Positions 45,466-55,663 of a stretch of DNA of 64,000 bases are shown piece by piece; the first letter of the stretch is position 1, and each line of letters begins with the position of its first letter. The position numbers and the translations under genes were made by a program. The stretch is from Candidatus Thermofontivivens primus (GTDB taxonomy: Bacteria > Sysuimicrobiota > Sysuimicrobiia > Sysuimicrobiales > Thermofontiviventaceae), in the NCBI GenBank assembly GCA_031458695.1, contig JAVKJW010000001.1:64001-128000 (forward strand), read 5' to 3'. A model generated the notes under the pieces. The model did not search any database and was not told the origin of the DNA. It saw only the letters and a program-made list of their open reading frames with translations.

Positions 45466-45731
45466 CCCCCGGGCAGGTCTCCTGGCTTCCGGATCATCGC
45501 AAGAGCGTCGGCAAAACCCTGCATTTTGCCGCGCCCAAGCAAGAAGGAACTCGCGCCTTCCCAGGCCAGTCCTCGGCAAGGAAGAACCTTACCGCGGTAC
45601 CAAGCCCAGTGGCTTTCCCTCCCTCACACGGGAGGTGCGAGCCCGCTCCCCGGTCACAGTGGCGGGACCGCAGCGGACTTTCACCGCTTTCCCTTTTCAC
45701 CCGCTTGGTTCCAAACGGGCACCCGGAGGGT
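45466..45731 (-). ncRNA. Cobalamin (AdoCbl) riboswitch
   Basis: GGTGC..AAAAGGGAA.GCGGTGAAAGTCCG..CCCGCCACTGT..GCCACTG..TGGGAAGGC..AAGCCAGGAGACCTGCC (B12 box). Confidence 0.95.
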
Positions 45732-45921
45732 TCGTTGTACTCTCTTTTTCGCCCTCCTTCACAAGACTCCTCCCAAAGAGATTGAGATGGCGCTAAACCT
45801 TACCACAGAAGGCTTTGCGCTTTTTGTAGAGTCGTGATATACTCACCTTAGGTCATTCCTCGCAGGGACGTGAAGGACCTAAGCGAAACGCAACAAGGCC
45901 TTGGAGGGCAGGAGGAATTCC

Positions 45922-46833
45922 ATGGATTCTCCCATCGCCGATGCATCCGGTGCATTCTGGCTACGCATCCGCACAGCCCTTCTGGCGCTTGTCGCAGGAG
46001 TCCTCATCTTCCTCCTGAAGTTCGGGGCCTTCCTCCTCACGAACTCCGTAGCCTTGCTCTCCGACGCAGGAGAATCGGTGGTCAACGTCGCCTCAGGAGC
46101 CCTTGCCCTCCTCACCCTCTGGCTGGCCGGACAACCTCCCGATGAGAACCACCGCTACGGTCACGGAAAGATCGAGTACATCTCCAGCATCCTGGAGGGG
46201 GTGCTGATCCTCGCCGCAGGCGTTTCTGTGCTCATCCTCTCCATCCCTCGTCTTGTGAAACCTGCCCCCCTCGCGCGCCTGGGGTTGGGTCTGGCGATCT
46301 CCCTCGTCGCGAGCGGCATCAATCTCCTCGTGGCCCTCGTGATGCGTCGATCCGCAAAACAGACGGAGTCCATTGCCCTGGAGGCAGGCTCCGCTCACCT
46401 CCTCACAGACGTCTCTACCACAGGCGGGGTCGTAGGAGGGCTCATCCTCGTGCGTCTTACAGGATGGACAATCCTTGACCCGCTCCTGGCGATCCTCGTA
46501 GCCCTCCACATCCTGAGAACGGGAGCGTCCCTCACCAGACGCTCCCTGGGAGGGCTTTTGGACGAGCGTCTCAGCGAGCAAGAGGAGCGAACTCTCCGCA
46601 GGATCCTCGACCGTTTTGCCTCTGAAGGCGTCGCCTACCACGATATGCGAACCCGTAGGTCTGGGGCACAGCGTTTCGTCGATCTCCATATGGAGGTCCC
46701 CTCCCACCTGAGCGTCGAGGAAGCCCATGACCTCGCCGACCGTGTAGAGGCTGCCTTGCGCAAGGAATTTCCCTCCCTGGACGTCCTCATTCATCTGGAG
46801 CCTGAGACAGCACCTCGAGAGGGTATCAAGTAG
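45922..46833 (+). CDS. Cation diffusion facilitator (FieF-like)
   Basis: ALLSDAGES, PPDENHRYGHGKIE, HLLTD, AHD, IHLEP. Confidence 0.93.
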   Translation: MDSPIADASGAFWLRIRTALLALVAGVLIFLLKFGAFLLTNSVALLSDAGESVVNVASGALALLTLWLAGQPPDENHRYGHGKIEYISSILEGVLILAAGVSVLILSIPRLVKPAPLARLGLGLAISLVASGINLLVALVMRRSAKQTESIALEAGSAHLLTDVSTTGGVVGGLILVRLTGWTILDPLLAILVALHILRTGASLTRRSLGGLLDERLSEQEERTLRRILDRFASEGVAYHDMRTRRSGAQRFVDLHMEVPSHLSVEEAHDLADRVEAALRKEFPSLDVLIHLEPETAPREGIK

Positions 46834-47976
46834 ATGATCTGCTGGAAAGATCTTACGGAGGTGGCCCGCCTCTTCCTCAAACTCGGCACAGTTGCCTTCG
46901 GGGGGCCTGCTGCGCACATCGCCATGATGGAGGAGGAGGTGGTCAGGCGCAAGCGATGGCTAGACTACCAGCAGTTCCTGGATCTCCTCGGGGCCACCTA
47001 CCTCATCCCTGGGCCGAACTCCACGGAGATGGCCATCCACATCGGTTACACGCGCGCAGGGTGGCGGGGGTTGATTGCGGCGGGGGTCTGTTTCATCCTC
47101 CCTGCCACGGCCATCGTGATGGCTCTCGCATGGATGTACACGAGGTACGGAGCGCTCCCCGAAGTGGGAGGGATCCTCTACGGGGTCAAGCCTGTGATCA
47201 TCGCCATCATCCTGCACGCCTTGTGGGGATTGGGGAGAGCTGCAGTAAAGAGCCCATTCCTCGCAGGCCTGGGAGCAGCAGTCCTCACACTCTCCCTCGC
47301 AGGCGTAAACGAGGTATTCTTGCTGTTCTCCACCGCTTCCCTGGCCATGACTCTCAAAGGGGCAGGAGGGTGGGTGCGCGGGACGCCCGCACTTCTCCTC
47401 CTCCCTGTCACCGGGGGAAAACCTGTCCTCCTGAGCCTCGGCGCAGCCGTACCTTTCACCCTCTCCAAGCTCTTTTTGGTCTTCCTCAAGGTGGGTGCTA
47501 TCCTGTACGGCAGCGGATACGTCCTGTTGGCCTTTTTGCATGCAGATCTTGTGGCGCGACTGGGCTGGCTTACCGATCAACAACTCCTGGATGCCATTGC
47601 CGTGGGACAGATCACCCCAGGTCCCGTGTTCACCACGGCTACGTTCATTGGGTACCTCCTGGGGGACTGGTGGGGCGCCATTATCGCAACTGTGGGCATC
47701 TTCCTCCCCTCTTTTCTCTTCGTTGCCTTAAGCCACCCCTTCATCCCGAGGCTCCGAACCTCAGCCTGGGCCGCTGGTTTCCTGGATGGCGCAAATGTTG
47801 CCTCCCTGGGCCTGATGGCTGCGGTAACCTTGCAACTTGCGCGGGCGGCGCTGGTCGATGAAGTGACGATCCTCCTCGCGCTCGCAGCTGCAGTGCTCCT
47901 CTTCCGCACCAGGATCCATTCAGCATGGCTCGTCCTGGCCGGTGGCCTCTTCGGCCTCCTCTCCCACTGGATCTGA
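46834..47976 (+). CDS. chrA: Chromate efflux transporter, long-chain CHR
   Basis: FGGPAAHIAMM, PGPNSTE, YGSGYVL, GQITPGP. Confidence 0.92.
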   Translation: MICWKDLTEVARLFLKLGTVAFGGPAAHIAMMEEEVVRRKRWLDYQQFLDLLGATYLIPGPNSTEMAIHIGYTRAGWRGLIAAGVCFILPATAIVMALAWMYTRYGALPEVGGILYGVKPVIIAIILHALWGLGRAAVKSPFLAGLGAAVLTLSLAGVNEVFLLFSTASLAMTLKGAGGWVRGTPALLLLPVTGGKPVLLSLGAAVPFTLSKLFLVFLKVGAILYGSGYVLLAFLHADLVARLGWLTDQQLLDAIAVGQITPGPVFTTATFIGYLLGDWWGAIIATVGIFLPSFLFVALSHPFIPRLRTSAWAAGFLDGANVASLGLMAAVTLQLARAALVDEVTILLALAAAVLLFRTRIHSAWLVLAGGLFGLLSHWI

Positions 47977-48205
47977 GGCGAGCGGGATCGCTCACAATCC
48001 TTGCCAGAAGAGCGTATAGGGCAGGGAGGGTCCCCATTTCCTCGGGGAGAGAGCATCCTAGAAAGGAGCACGTACAGGGGGAGGCTGAGGGCTTCAGGAA
48101 GGAGCACTCCGCGTAGGAGAAGTTGGGGATCTCAAGGAGGGTCTCAGGAAGAGGGAGGGAACCATGCTCGAAGCCTATGTGGAGAGGCTCGACGCTGCAA
48201 TGCAG

Positions 48206-49417
48206 CTATCCACTTGCTTCTTCCCAATCCTCCCGTTGGGCTAGGCCGAGGAGAAGCCAGAAGGGCATGGCTACGTGGAATTTCAGAAAGTAGGTCTCAA
48301 AGAAGGCCATCAACAGGAATGCTGCGGCCGCGGAAACTGCGCCCCACCGGAGGAGGTTGTGATTGCGGGTCCATACCTGGTCCAGCTTCCAGAACAGCCA
48401 GCCAAAAAACACGATGGCGATCGGCACTCCCCATTCTGCAGTGAACCGGAGGTAGGCGTTATGGGGATCCTCAAAGTAGGCCCACTCTGGCACGGGAGGA
48501 AGTTGACGGTACCCTTCAGCGAACCGTCCCGGCCCGACGCCAAGCAAGGGATACCGCCGGGCGATGGTCAGGGCCGATTGCCAGAGGTATAAGCGGGACG
48601 CCTCGGTCTGCTGGATAGCGAGGAGGTTCTCAAAACGGCCAAGGAGGCCTGGTGAGATCGCCGTTGCCACGAGAAAAGCCAGCCCGGCGAGAAGAAGACC
48701 GCGAAGGCCCACGGCAAAGCTGAAAATGAAGGACCCTGCAGCCATTCCCAACACGGCAAGGCGGACCCCCATGAGGACCGTGGATCCAAGGCCCACAAGC
48801 GCGATGCCTGCTCCCTCAACACGGGTCCAAGGGGATCCCGGCCGGAATATCCGCACAAGGCCCAGGAGGAATGTCGCCATGAACAAGGGACCGAGGCTAT
48901 TTGCGGGAAGGCCCAAGAGGACAACACTCTTGGGATCCCCAGGAGCACGCTGGAAGAAGACGATCTCCTGGCCAAGGGCGGTGAACCTGAGGGAGACAGG
49001 AAGGAAGTACGCAAGGAGCCCCATGAGAGCGAAAACCCCCAAGGAGCGGGAGAGTATGCGGAAGAACACGGGAGGATTCTCCAGAATGTGCTCCCCAACA
49101 ATGTATAACCAGACTAGCGCGAGCACCCCGAGGAGATCCCCGAAGGTCTCCCGTCCAAACCGAAACCGTATCACCTCTACCACCCCGACGAGCACAACGG
49201 CACTGACAATGCCGAGGGTCAGGCGATCTTGCCTCAAGCCACCGAGGAGCCTATCCCTCCGGCGCATGGAGAGCCCCAGGAGGAGGAAAAGGGCTAGCGG
49301 GGGAGAGAAAGGCATCAGTGCCGCGACGAGGCCATCCATGGAAATAGACCTGACGACTGACAGCTTAGACTCTGGTTGCTTCAGGGCTTTTGTTCCTTCC
49401 GCCACACGATCTGACAT
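48206..49417 (-). CDS. O-antigen ligase / Wzy_C family membrane protein
   Basis: Multi-TM; SRLYLWQSAL..PLLGVGPG.F..PHNAYL..EWG. Confidence 0.82.
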   Translation of the reverse strand: MSDRVAEGTKALKQPESKLSVVRSISMDGLVAALMPFSPPLALFLLLGLSMRRRDRLLGGLRQDRLTLGIVSAVVLVGVVEVIRFRFGRETFGDLLGVLALVWLYIVGEHILENPPVFFRILSRSLGVFALMGLLAYFLPVSLRFTALGQEIVFFQRAPGDPKSVVLLGLPANSLGPLFMATFLLGLVRIFRPGSPWTRVEGAGIALVGLGSTVLMGVRLAVLGMAAGSFIFSFAVGLRGLLLAGLAFLVATAISPGLLGRFENLLAIQQTEASRLYLWQSALTIARRYPLLGVGPGRFAEGYRQLPPVPEWAYFEDPHNAYLRFTAEWGVPIAIVFFGWLFWKLDQVWTRNHNLLRWGAVSAAAAFLLMAFFETYFLKFHVAMPFWLLLGLAQREDWEEASG

Positions 49418-49464
49418 CTCGGATTCCGTTCAAGGCAGCCACCGTTGTCCCCTCCTCGCGATGC

Positions 49465-50511
49465 TTAGGGGCAAAGTCCTAGGGCCTTTCGGAAGTAAGG
49501 GACCGTCCGGTGGAGGCCTTCCTGCCTGGAGATGCGGGGCTCCCACCCCAGCAAAACCCTGGCCTTTGTGATGTCAGGCCTGCGCACCTTCGGATCGTCG
49601 GCAGGAAGCGGGAGGAAGACGATCCGGCTACGGCTCCCCGTTGCCTCGATGATCTCGTGAGCCAGCTGGAGGATAGAGACCTCGTCTGGATTCCCCAAGT
49701 TGAAGATAGGCGTTCGATCTCCCTCCCAAGACGCCAGGGAGACCGGATCCCAGCGGATGAGGCGGAGGAGGCCCTCCACGAGGTCTTCTACGTAACAGAA
49801 GGAGCGGGTCTGCGAGCCATCCCCATAGATCGTGAGAGGCTCGTTCCGCAATGCTTGGGTGACAAAGGTGGGAAGGGCCCGGCCGTCGTCCAGCCGCATC
49901 CTCGGACCGAATGTATTGAAGATCCTGGCGATGCGTACATCCAAGCCATGGACGTGATGGTAGGCCATGGTGATCGCCTCGGCAAAGCGCTTGGCCTCGT
50001 CGTAGACGCTCCTCGGACCCACAGGGTTGACGTTCCCCCAGTAGGACTCGGGTTGGGGGTTCACCTGTGGATCGCCGTACACCTCCGAAGAAGAGGCAAG
50101 CAGAAACGCCGCCCCCTGGGCCTTGGCCAACCCCAGGGCGTGGTAGGTCCCCAAGGCACCGACCTTGAGCGTGTGAATGGGGTGCCGTGCATAGTCCTTG
50201 GGGCTCGCCGGGCTAGCGAAATGGAGGACGTAGTCCACCTGTGGAGGCGAGGAACCAGGGTGCAAGCGAGAAGAGGGGACGAGCAGGGCATCAAGGTCAA
50301 TGGGATGGGTGACGTCGTGATGGAGAAAGGTAAAGCGCGGGTGCCCGAGGAGGTGGCGGATATTTTCCACGCTCCCAGTGAGGAGGTTGTCCAAGCACAT
50401 CACGTCAAACCCTTCTTGGACCAAACGGTCGCACAGGTGGGAGCCCAGGAAGCCGGCTCCGCCGGTGATCAGGACCTTGAAGGGCCGATGCAAACCTTCC
50501 TTGGCGGTCAT
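49465..50511 (-). CDS. UDP-glucuronate decarboxylase-family epimerase/dehydratase
   Basis: [45 protein letters not shown]. Confidence 0.92.
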   Translation of the reverse strand: MTAKEGLHRPFKVLITGGAGFLGSHLCDRLVQEGFDVMCLDNLLTGSVENIRHLLGHPRFTFLHHDVTHPIDLDALLVPSSRLHPGSSPPQVDYVLHFASPASPKDYARHPIHTLKVGALGTYHALGLAKAQGAAFLLASSSEVYGDPQVNPQPESYWGNVNPVGPRSVYDEAKRFAEAITMAYHHVHGLDVRIARIFNTFGPRMRLDDGRALPTFVTQALRNEPLTIYGDGSQTRSFCYVEDLVEGLLRLIRWDPVSLASWEGDRTPIFNLGNPDEVSILQLAHEIIEATGSRSRIVFLPLPADDPKVRRPDITKARVLLGWEPRISRQEGLHRTVPYFRKALGLCP

Positions 50512-50622
50512 CGCTCGAGAAGCGTTTCTTTCCGCGTCCTAGCGGACATCAAAGTGGACCGGGCCTTCGTGTACATCTGCGTGGTCCCCGCTTCCACCAA
50601 AGGGCAGAAAGGAGTCCATCAC

Positions 50623-51723
50623 CTATCGCCAGCCCTTCTCGTAGACGCGCGCATAATACTCCCGGTACTCGCTTGTGAGGATACGGCGGACCCAGTCCTG
50701 GTGGTCCAAGTACCACTCCACGGTCTTGTTCAGGCCGGCTTCCAAAGATGTCGAGGGAACCCATCCCAGTTCTCGCTGGATCTTTGTAGAATCTAGGCTG
50801 TAGCGGAAGTCGTGGCCTGGGCGGTCCTGGACGAATTGGATCTCGGGCTTGAGGCGACGGGTCCGGGGATGGCTGCGCAGGATCTCACAGAGAAGCTGGA
50901 CGACCTCGATGTTGCGCCTCTCGCAGCTTCCCCCGATGTTATAGATCTCCCCGGCCCTTCCCTTCTCAATAACCATGAGGAGGGCACGGCAGTTGTCCTC
51001 CACATAGAGCCAGTCCCGCACGTTCTCCCCTTTCCCGTACACGGGCAGGGGCTTCCCCTCCAACGCGTTTTGGATCATCAACGGGATGAGTTTCTCGGGA
51101 AACTGATAGGGGCCGTAATTGTTCGAGCTCCGGGTGATGATCACCGGAAGCCCGTAGGTCCTGTGGTAAGCGCGGCAGAGGAGATCGGCACTTGCTTTGC
51201 TCGCCGCGTAAGGGCTGTTGGGGTGTAAGGGGGATTCCTCCGTGAAGCTCCCTACCTCGATGGAGCCGTAGACCTCGTCGGTGGAGATCTGGACAAACAG
51301 CGTTGGCTTGGGGTCCGCTGTTCTGACACCGAGCCAGAGCGTGCGGGCTGCCTCCAAGAGCACCTGAGTCCCCAGGACGTTCGTCTCAACAAATGGAGAT
51401 GCGTCCAGAATGCTACGATCCACGTGCGATTCGGCGGCGAAGTTGACGATGATGTTGGGCCGGAGGGGCTTTGTCTGAGGATGCTCGCCAGCGAGAAGGG
51501 CGTGGACCAAGGCCCGATCGCAGATGTCTCCCCTCACAAAGCGATAGCGCGTGTGGCCTTCCACGTCCTGGAGGTTCTCTACATTTCCTGCGTAGGTGAG
51601 CTTGTCCAGGTTGATGACATGCCAATCAGGCCGCTCGCGCAGGATGTAGCGGATAAAGTTGCTGCCGATGAAACCGGCGCCGCCTGTAACAAGGAGGATG
51701 TTGTCGCGTTGTCGCGTCATCAC
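50623..51723 (-). CDS. rfbB: dTDP-glucose 4,6-dehydratase
   Basis: LDKLTYAGN, FAAESHVDRSI, STDEVYG, PYAASKA, DRPGHD. Confidence 0.96.
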   Translation of the reverse strand: MMTRQRDNILLVTGGAGFIGSNFIRYILRERPDWHVINLDKLTYAGNVENLQDVEGHTRYRFVRGDICDRALVHALLAGEHPQTKPLRPNIIVNFAAESHVDRSILDASPFVETNVLGTQVLLEAARTLWLGVRTADPKPTLFVQISTDEVYGSIEVGSFTEESPLHPNSPYAASKASADLLCRAYHRTYGLPVIITRSSNNYGPYQFPEKLIPLMIQNALEGKPLPVYGKGENVRDWLYVEDNCRALLMVIEKGRAGEIYNIGGSCERRNIEVVQLLCEILRSHPRTRRLKPEIQFVQDRPGHDFRYSLDSTKIQRELGWVPSTSLEAGLNKTVEWYLDHQDWVRRILTSEYREYYARVYEKGWR

Positions 51724-52292
51724 GTCCCCCGCGTCGTGTCATAGAAGAAATCATGGTCTGCGTCTTTCAAGAAAGGAAGGGTGAGATCCTTGGGAGAGAG
51801 GATAGGATCAGAGATGGGCCAGCGGATGCCGATGTCTGGATCATCCCAGCGGATCCCCCGCTCGAGCTCTGGCACGTACTCTGCCGTAACCTTGTACAGG
51901 ACATCGGCCACCTCGCTTAACACACAGAAGCCGTGGGCGAATCCCACGGGGATGTACAGCATCCGTCCATCCTCTCCTGAAAGGACCGTGCCCACCCAGC
52001 GCCCATAGGTTGGGGAACCGCGTCGGATGTCCACAGCCACGTCGAAGATCTTCCCGGAGAGGACGGTCACCAGTTTCGCCTGGGCAGCAGGAGCCTTCTG
52101 GTAGTGCAGCCCGCGGAGGACTCCCCGGAATGAGCGGGAACGGTTGTCCTGGACGAACGGCCCCCGGATGCCGTGGGCTTCGAACTCGGACTGGCGGTAG
52201 ATCTCCGCGAAGAAACCGCGGCGGTCAGGGTGGGGGACGAGCTGGATTTCGATGACATCTGGGATCTCGAGCCGCGTGAACCGGAACGGCAT
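51720..52292 (-). CDS. rfbC: dTDP-4-dehydrorhamnose 3,5-epimerase
   Basis: D.RGFF, FVQDN.S.S..GVLRGLHYQ, GFAHGF. Confidence 0.96.
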   Translation of the reverse strand: MPFRFTRLEIPDVIEIQLVPHPDRRGFFAEIYRQSEFEAHGIRGPFVQDNRSRSFRGVLRGLHYQKAPAAQAKLVTVLSGKIFDVAVDIRRGSPTYGRWVGTVLSGEDGRMLYIPVGFAHGFCVLSEVADVLYKVTAEYVPELERGIRWDDPDIGIRWPISDPILSPKDLTLPFLKDADHDFFYDTTRGT

Positions 52293-53356
52293 CAGAGCAA
52301 TGCCTCCGCGTCATCGCCAATCATCAGGCGGAACGCCCCGTGGTTGGTGACCTGCTTGCGCACCACGGCGTTCCGGCCGATGACGCTATCCTCGAGACGG
52401 GAGACGCCGATCACCTTGGCCCCGTCCAGGATCACGGTGTGCTCGATGACAGCGTCTGTAATCTCGCAGCCCCTGCCGATGCTGGTGAAGGGGCCGATGA
52501 AGGAACCCTTGACGCGCGTCCCCTCCCCGATGATCGCGGGGCCGCGGATGGTGCTCCCCTCCACCCGGGCTCCCGGGGAGACCTCCACGCGCCCGTAGAT
52601 CTTGCTTTCCTCATCCACCTCCCCGAGGATCTCCCGGGTGATCCACTCGTCGAGGACGACCCGGTTGGCTTCCAGGAGGTCGTCTTTCTTGCCGCAGTCG
52701 AGCCACCAGCTTTGGAGGAGGAAGCTTTGGACGGGCCTTCCCTGCTCCAGGAGCTTCTGGATGGCATCGGTAATCTCCAGCTCCCCCCGCCAGGAGGGCT
52801 CAATCTGATCGATCGCCTGGTGGATAGCCGGGGAGAAGATGTACACCCCGACAAGGGCCAGGTTGCTAGGAGGGTCCTGGGGTTTCTCCACCAGCTGGAT
52901 GACCCGACCCGAGCCGTTGAGCTGGGCGACACCGAACATGCGTGGATCCGCCACCTCCTTGAGGAGGATAGCCGCATCCGCCCCGGACTCCCTGAACGCC
53001 CGGACGAACTCTCCGATGCCTTGCCCGATCAGGTTATCCCCAAGGTACATGACGAAAGGGTCCTCCTCGAGGAAGTCCCGGGCGACCTTCACGGCATGCG
53101 CCAAGCCCGCGGGGCGATCCTGGACGATGAAGGTGAAGGTAAAACCCCAGGGGTTCGGCGCAAGGGACTCCCGAACCTGGTCCCCCGTCTCTGGGGAGAT
53201 GATCACACCCACATCCCGAAGGCCCGCCTCGGCGATGTGGTGCATGACGTAATGGACGACGGGTTTGTTGGCCACAGGGACGAGCTGTTTGGCCATGGTA
53301 TAGGTCAGAGGGCGCAGGCGAGTTCCCTTTCCGCCAGCTAGGACAAGGGCTTTCAT
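52292..53356 (-). CDS. rfbA: Glucose-1-phosphate thymidylyltransferase, long form
   Basis: LAGGKGTRLRPLT..AKQLVPVANKP, GLAHA, YLGDN, RGELEITDA; C-terminal LbH repeats. Confidence 0.94.
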   Translation of the reverse strand: MKALVLAGGKGTRLRPLTYTMAKQLVPVANKPVVHYVMHHIAEAGLRDVGVIISPETGDQVRESLAPNPWGFTFTFIVQDRPAGLAHAVKVARDFLEEDPFVMYLGDNLIGQGIGEFVRAFRESGADAAILLKEVADPRMFGVAQLNGSGRVIQLVEKPQDPPSNLALVGVYIFSPAIHQAIDQIEPSWRGELEITDAIQKLLEQGRPVQSFLLQSWWLDCGKKDDLLEANRVVLDEWITREILGEVDEESKIYGRVEVSPGARVEGSTIRGPAIIGEGTRVKGSFIGPFTSIGRGCEITDAVIEHTVILDGAKVIGVSRLEDSVIGRNAVVRKQVTNHGAFRLMIGDDAEALL

Positions 53357-53558
53357 GGCGCACCACTCCACGAAGATCTTTTACCCCGTATTTCCCGCTC
53401 GAGCAAGTTCGAGGCCAAATACAACAGTCCTTCCCTTCGCCGCATAAGCCTGCGGCAAGCTTGCGCGCAGGTTAAGGACAGAACGACAAGCTTCTCAGAG
53501 CTGACCACCCTTCGCTTATCCCCCGAGGGGAGAGAAGTTCAGCAGAGGGGGAAGTTTG

Positions 53559-54425
53559 CTAGGAGTGGGGGTCGCCGGGAAGCCGGGAAGGGACGGGAGC
53601 ATGTCCTGCCCCACCGGCTGGCGTCGAAACGGCCTCTGGTCTAGGAGCAGCGAGAAACTCCTGGAAGAAGGCCAGCATGACGCCTGCCATCAGCCCCAGG
53701 ACCGCTGCGAGGGCAATGTTCAGGGTCTTGCGGGGGGCGACCAATTGTACCGCCCCCTGCGCCCCTAGGACTTGCACAGGCTGAAGATCGGTCATCTGGA
53801 GGTTCAGGTTCACTTGGGCCAAAAGCAGGGCGTTGTAAAATGCATCGGTATTCCCCAGGACGTCTACGACGTAGCTTTTCGTAATGACGCCTTCCACTGT
53901 TGGACGAGCCTGTCGTAGCAGAGGCTCCACGATCCTTCTCAGGTCAGCCCTCGTCCTTGCACTGGTCTGTAACAGTTGGGAGAGCTCTCCCAACTGCCTT
54001 CGAAGAACCTGCCTCTTCTTCTCAATGGAGGGACGGCTCTCCTTTCCAGCAAGGTTTGCCAAGGCCTCGACAGCGCGCCTTGCCTGATGCGGGTCTTTTG
54101 CACGCACGCTCAGGCGGACGAGTTGCGTGTTCCGTACCACGCTTGCCTTCACGGTGAGGATCTGTGGGTTGAGTCCCAGGCCCGACACCGCCCGGCTGGT
54201 GAACCCCTCGCTCTCGAGGACCGCGGTCAACCCATTGGGATCGGCGTAGACGTCCCCGCTCCCCTTCGCGGGCTGGAGGAGCAGGGAAGCCTCGTAGATC
54301 GGAGGGAGGACGAAAAAGCTCAATACAGCAGCAGCGAGGACGGCAACAAGGAATACGGCAATGATCGTCCACTTGCGGCGGCCAAGGACAGCGAAGTATT
54401 CTCGGAGATCAATCTCGTCTTCCAT
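53559..54425 (-). CDS. Wzz/polysaccharide co-polymerase (chain-length determinant)
   Basis: MEDEIDLREYF, TM1 then PPIYEAS, coiled coil, P..PRK.LNIALAAVLGLMAG TM2. Confidence 0.85.
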   Translation of the reverse strand: MEDEIDLREYFAVLGRRKWTIIAVFLVAVLAAAVLSFFVLPPIYEASLLLQPAKGSGDVYADPNGLTAVLESEGFTSRAVSGLGLNPQILTVKASVVRNTQLVRLSVRAKDPHQARRAVEALANLAGKESRPSIEKKRQVLRRQLGELSQLLQTSARTRADLRRIVEPLLRQARPTVEGVITKSYVVDVLGNTDAFYNALLLAQVNLNLQMTDLQPVQVLGAQGAVQLVAPRKTLNIALAAVLGLMAGVMLAFFQEFLAAPRPEAVSTPAGGAGHAPVPSRLPGDPHS

Positions 54426-54442
54426 AGCACCACCTCCGCAGC

Positions 54443-54510
54443 TCCAGCAAAATCTCTTGTCGGGATTTTGCTGGGGACCCCGGCGAAAGCCAAAAAAGAT
54501 TTGCCGGGGT
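54443..54510. repeat. Two adjacent related hairpins in the rfbD-wzz spacer
   Basis: TCCAGCAAAATCTC/GGGATTTTGCTGGG and ACCCCGGCGAA/TTTGCCGGGGT. Confidence 0.7.
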
Positions 54511-54512
54511 AC

Positions 54513-55436
54513 TTAGTTCTTCTCCTCGAGCGGAAGATACCCTTTTTCAGAGAGGTAGGCCTCGAGGGCCTCGTACCAAGGACGCAAGGACATTAGCCCG
54601 AGTTTCTCCAGCCTCGTCGACCTCAGCACGGAATAGGCCGGGCGCTGGGCCCTTGTCCCGTAGACCCTGGAGGTCACCGGGTTGAGATCTGCCTGAATGC
54701 CCATGAGTTCGAAGATCCTCCGCGCGAACTCGTACCAGGAGCACTGACCACTGCTCGCCAGGTGGATCACTCCGGAGACCTGTCCCTGGAGAAGCTCCTT
54801 GATCTTTTCTGCGAGGTCCTTCGTGTAGGTGGGGGCGAGGACCTGGTCATCCACGACCCGAATAGGTTTCCCCTCCCTTGCCATATGGATCATCGTCTCG
54901 ACAAAGTTCCCTCCCTTGCCTCTGGATCCTGCCACGCCGTAGAGCCCTGAGGTGCGCACAATGAGGTGCCTTGGACAAGAAGCGCGCACAAAGTACTCAC
55001 CGCAGAGCTTGGAGATGCCGTACACGTTGAGGGGACGCGGGGGATCCTCCTCGGTGTAAGGCTCGGTTTTCCCCCCATCGAAGACATAATCTGTGCTGAT
55101 GAACACACAGAGGGCGTCAACCTCAGCGCAGGCACGCGCGACGTGAAGGGCACCCAGAGCGTTGACTCGGAGGGCCTCCTCCGGATGATCCTCGCACTCA
55201 TCGACGCGGACAAAAGCGGCACAGTTAATGATGATCTCTGGGCGAATGGCCATCAGCACTGTGTGAACAGAACCGGGATCCGTAATCTCGATGTCACGGT
55301 GGGAGAGAGGAATGGCCTCGAATCCGGCAGGTTCACCCTTTCGGGTGGGGGAAAGAGGTAAAGAAGGCTCACGAAGGACACGGACTAGGTCAAAGCCGAG
55401 CTGGCCTGTGCTTCCAATCACCGCAACGCGTGGCAT
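54513..55436 (-). CDS. rfbD: dTDP-4-dehydrorhamnose reductase
   Basis: GSTGQLG, NCAA, ISTDYVFDG, YGISK..GE, DQ..PT, RPAYSVL. Confidence 0.95.
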   Translation of the reverse strand: MPRVAVIGSTGQLGFDLVRVLREPSLPLSPTRKGEPAGFEAIPLSHRDIEITDPGSVHTVLMAIRPEIIINCAAFVRVDECEDHPEEALRVNALGALHVARACAEVDALCVFISTDYVFDGGKTEPYTEEDPPRPLNVYGISKLCGEYFVRASCPRHLIVRTSGLYGVAGSRGKGGNFVETMIHMAREGKPIRVVDDQVLAPTYTKDLAEKIKELLQGQVSGVIHLASSGQCSWYEFARRIFELMGIQADLNPVTSRVYGTRAQRPAYSVLRSTRLEKLGLMSLRPWYEALEAYLSEKGYLPLEEKN

Positions 55437-55663
55437 GAGGGGATACTCCAGCACACGTCAAGGAACTCTTGCAGGGGCTAGTTCGTTGACGGTAGGGCTC
55501 ACCATGCACGAATCTTCCGGGAAGACACAGCTCCGCCCTTTGGGATTTCGGGTGGACCTGCGAAATCCCACACCACGGGCATCCCCGCTTCTCCCATCTC
55601 TGCTCAAAACATAGTACGCCGCCTGAGCTCCCGCAGCCCCCGGGCAGACCTTCTGAAAGGAGG

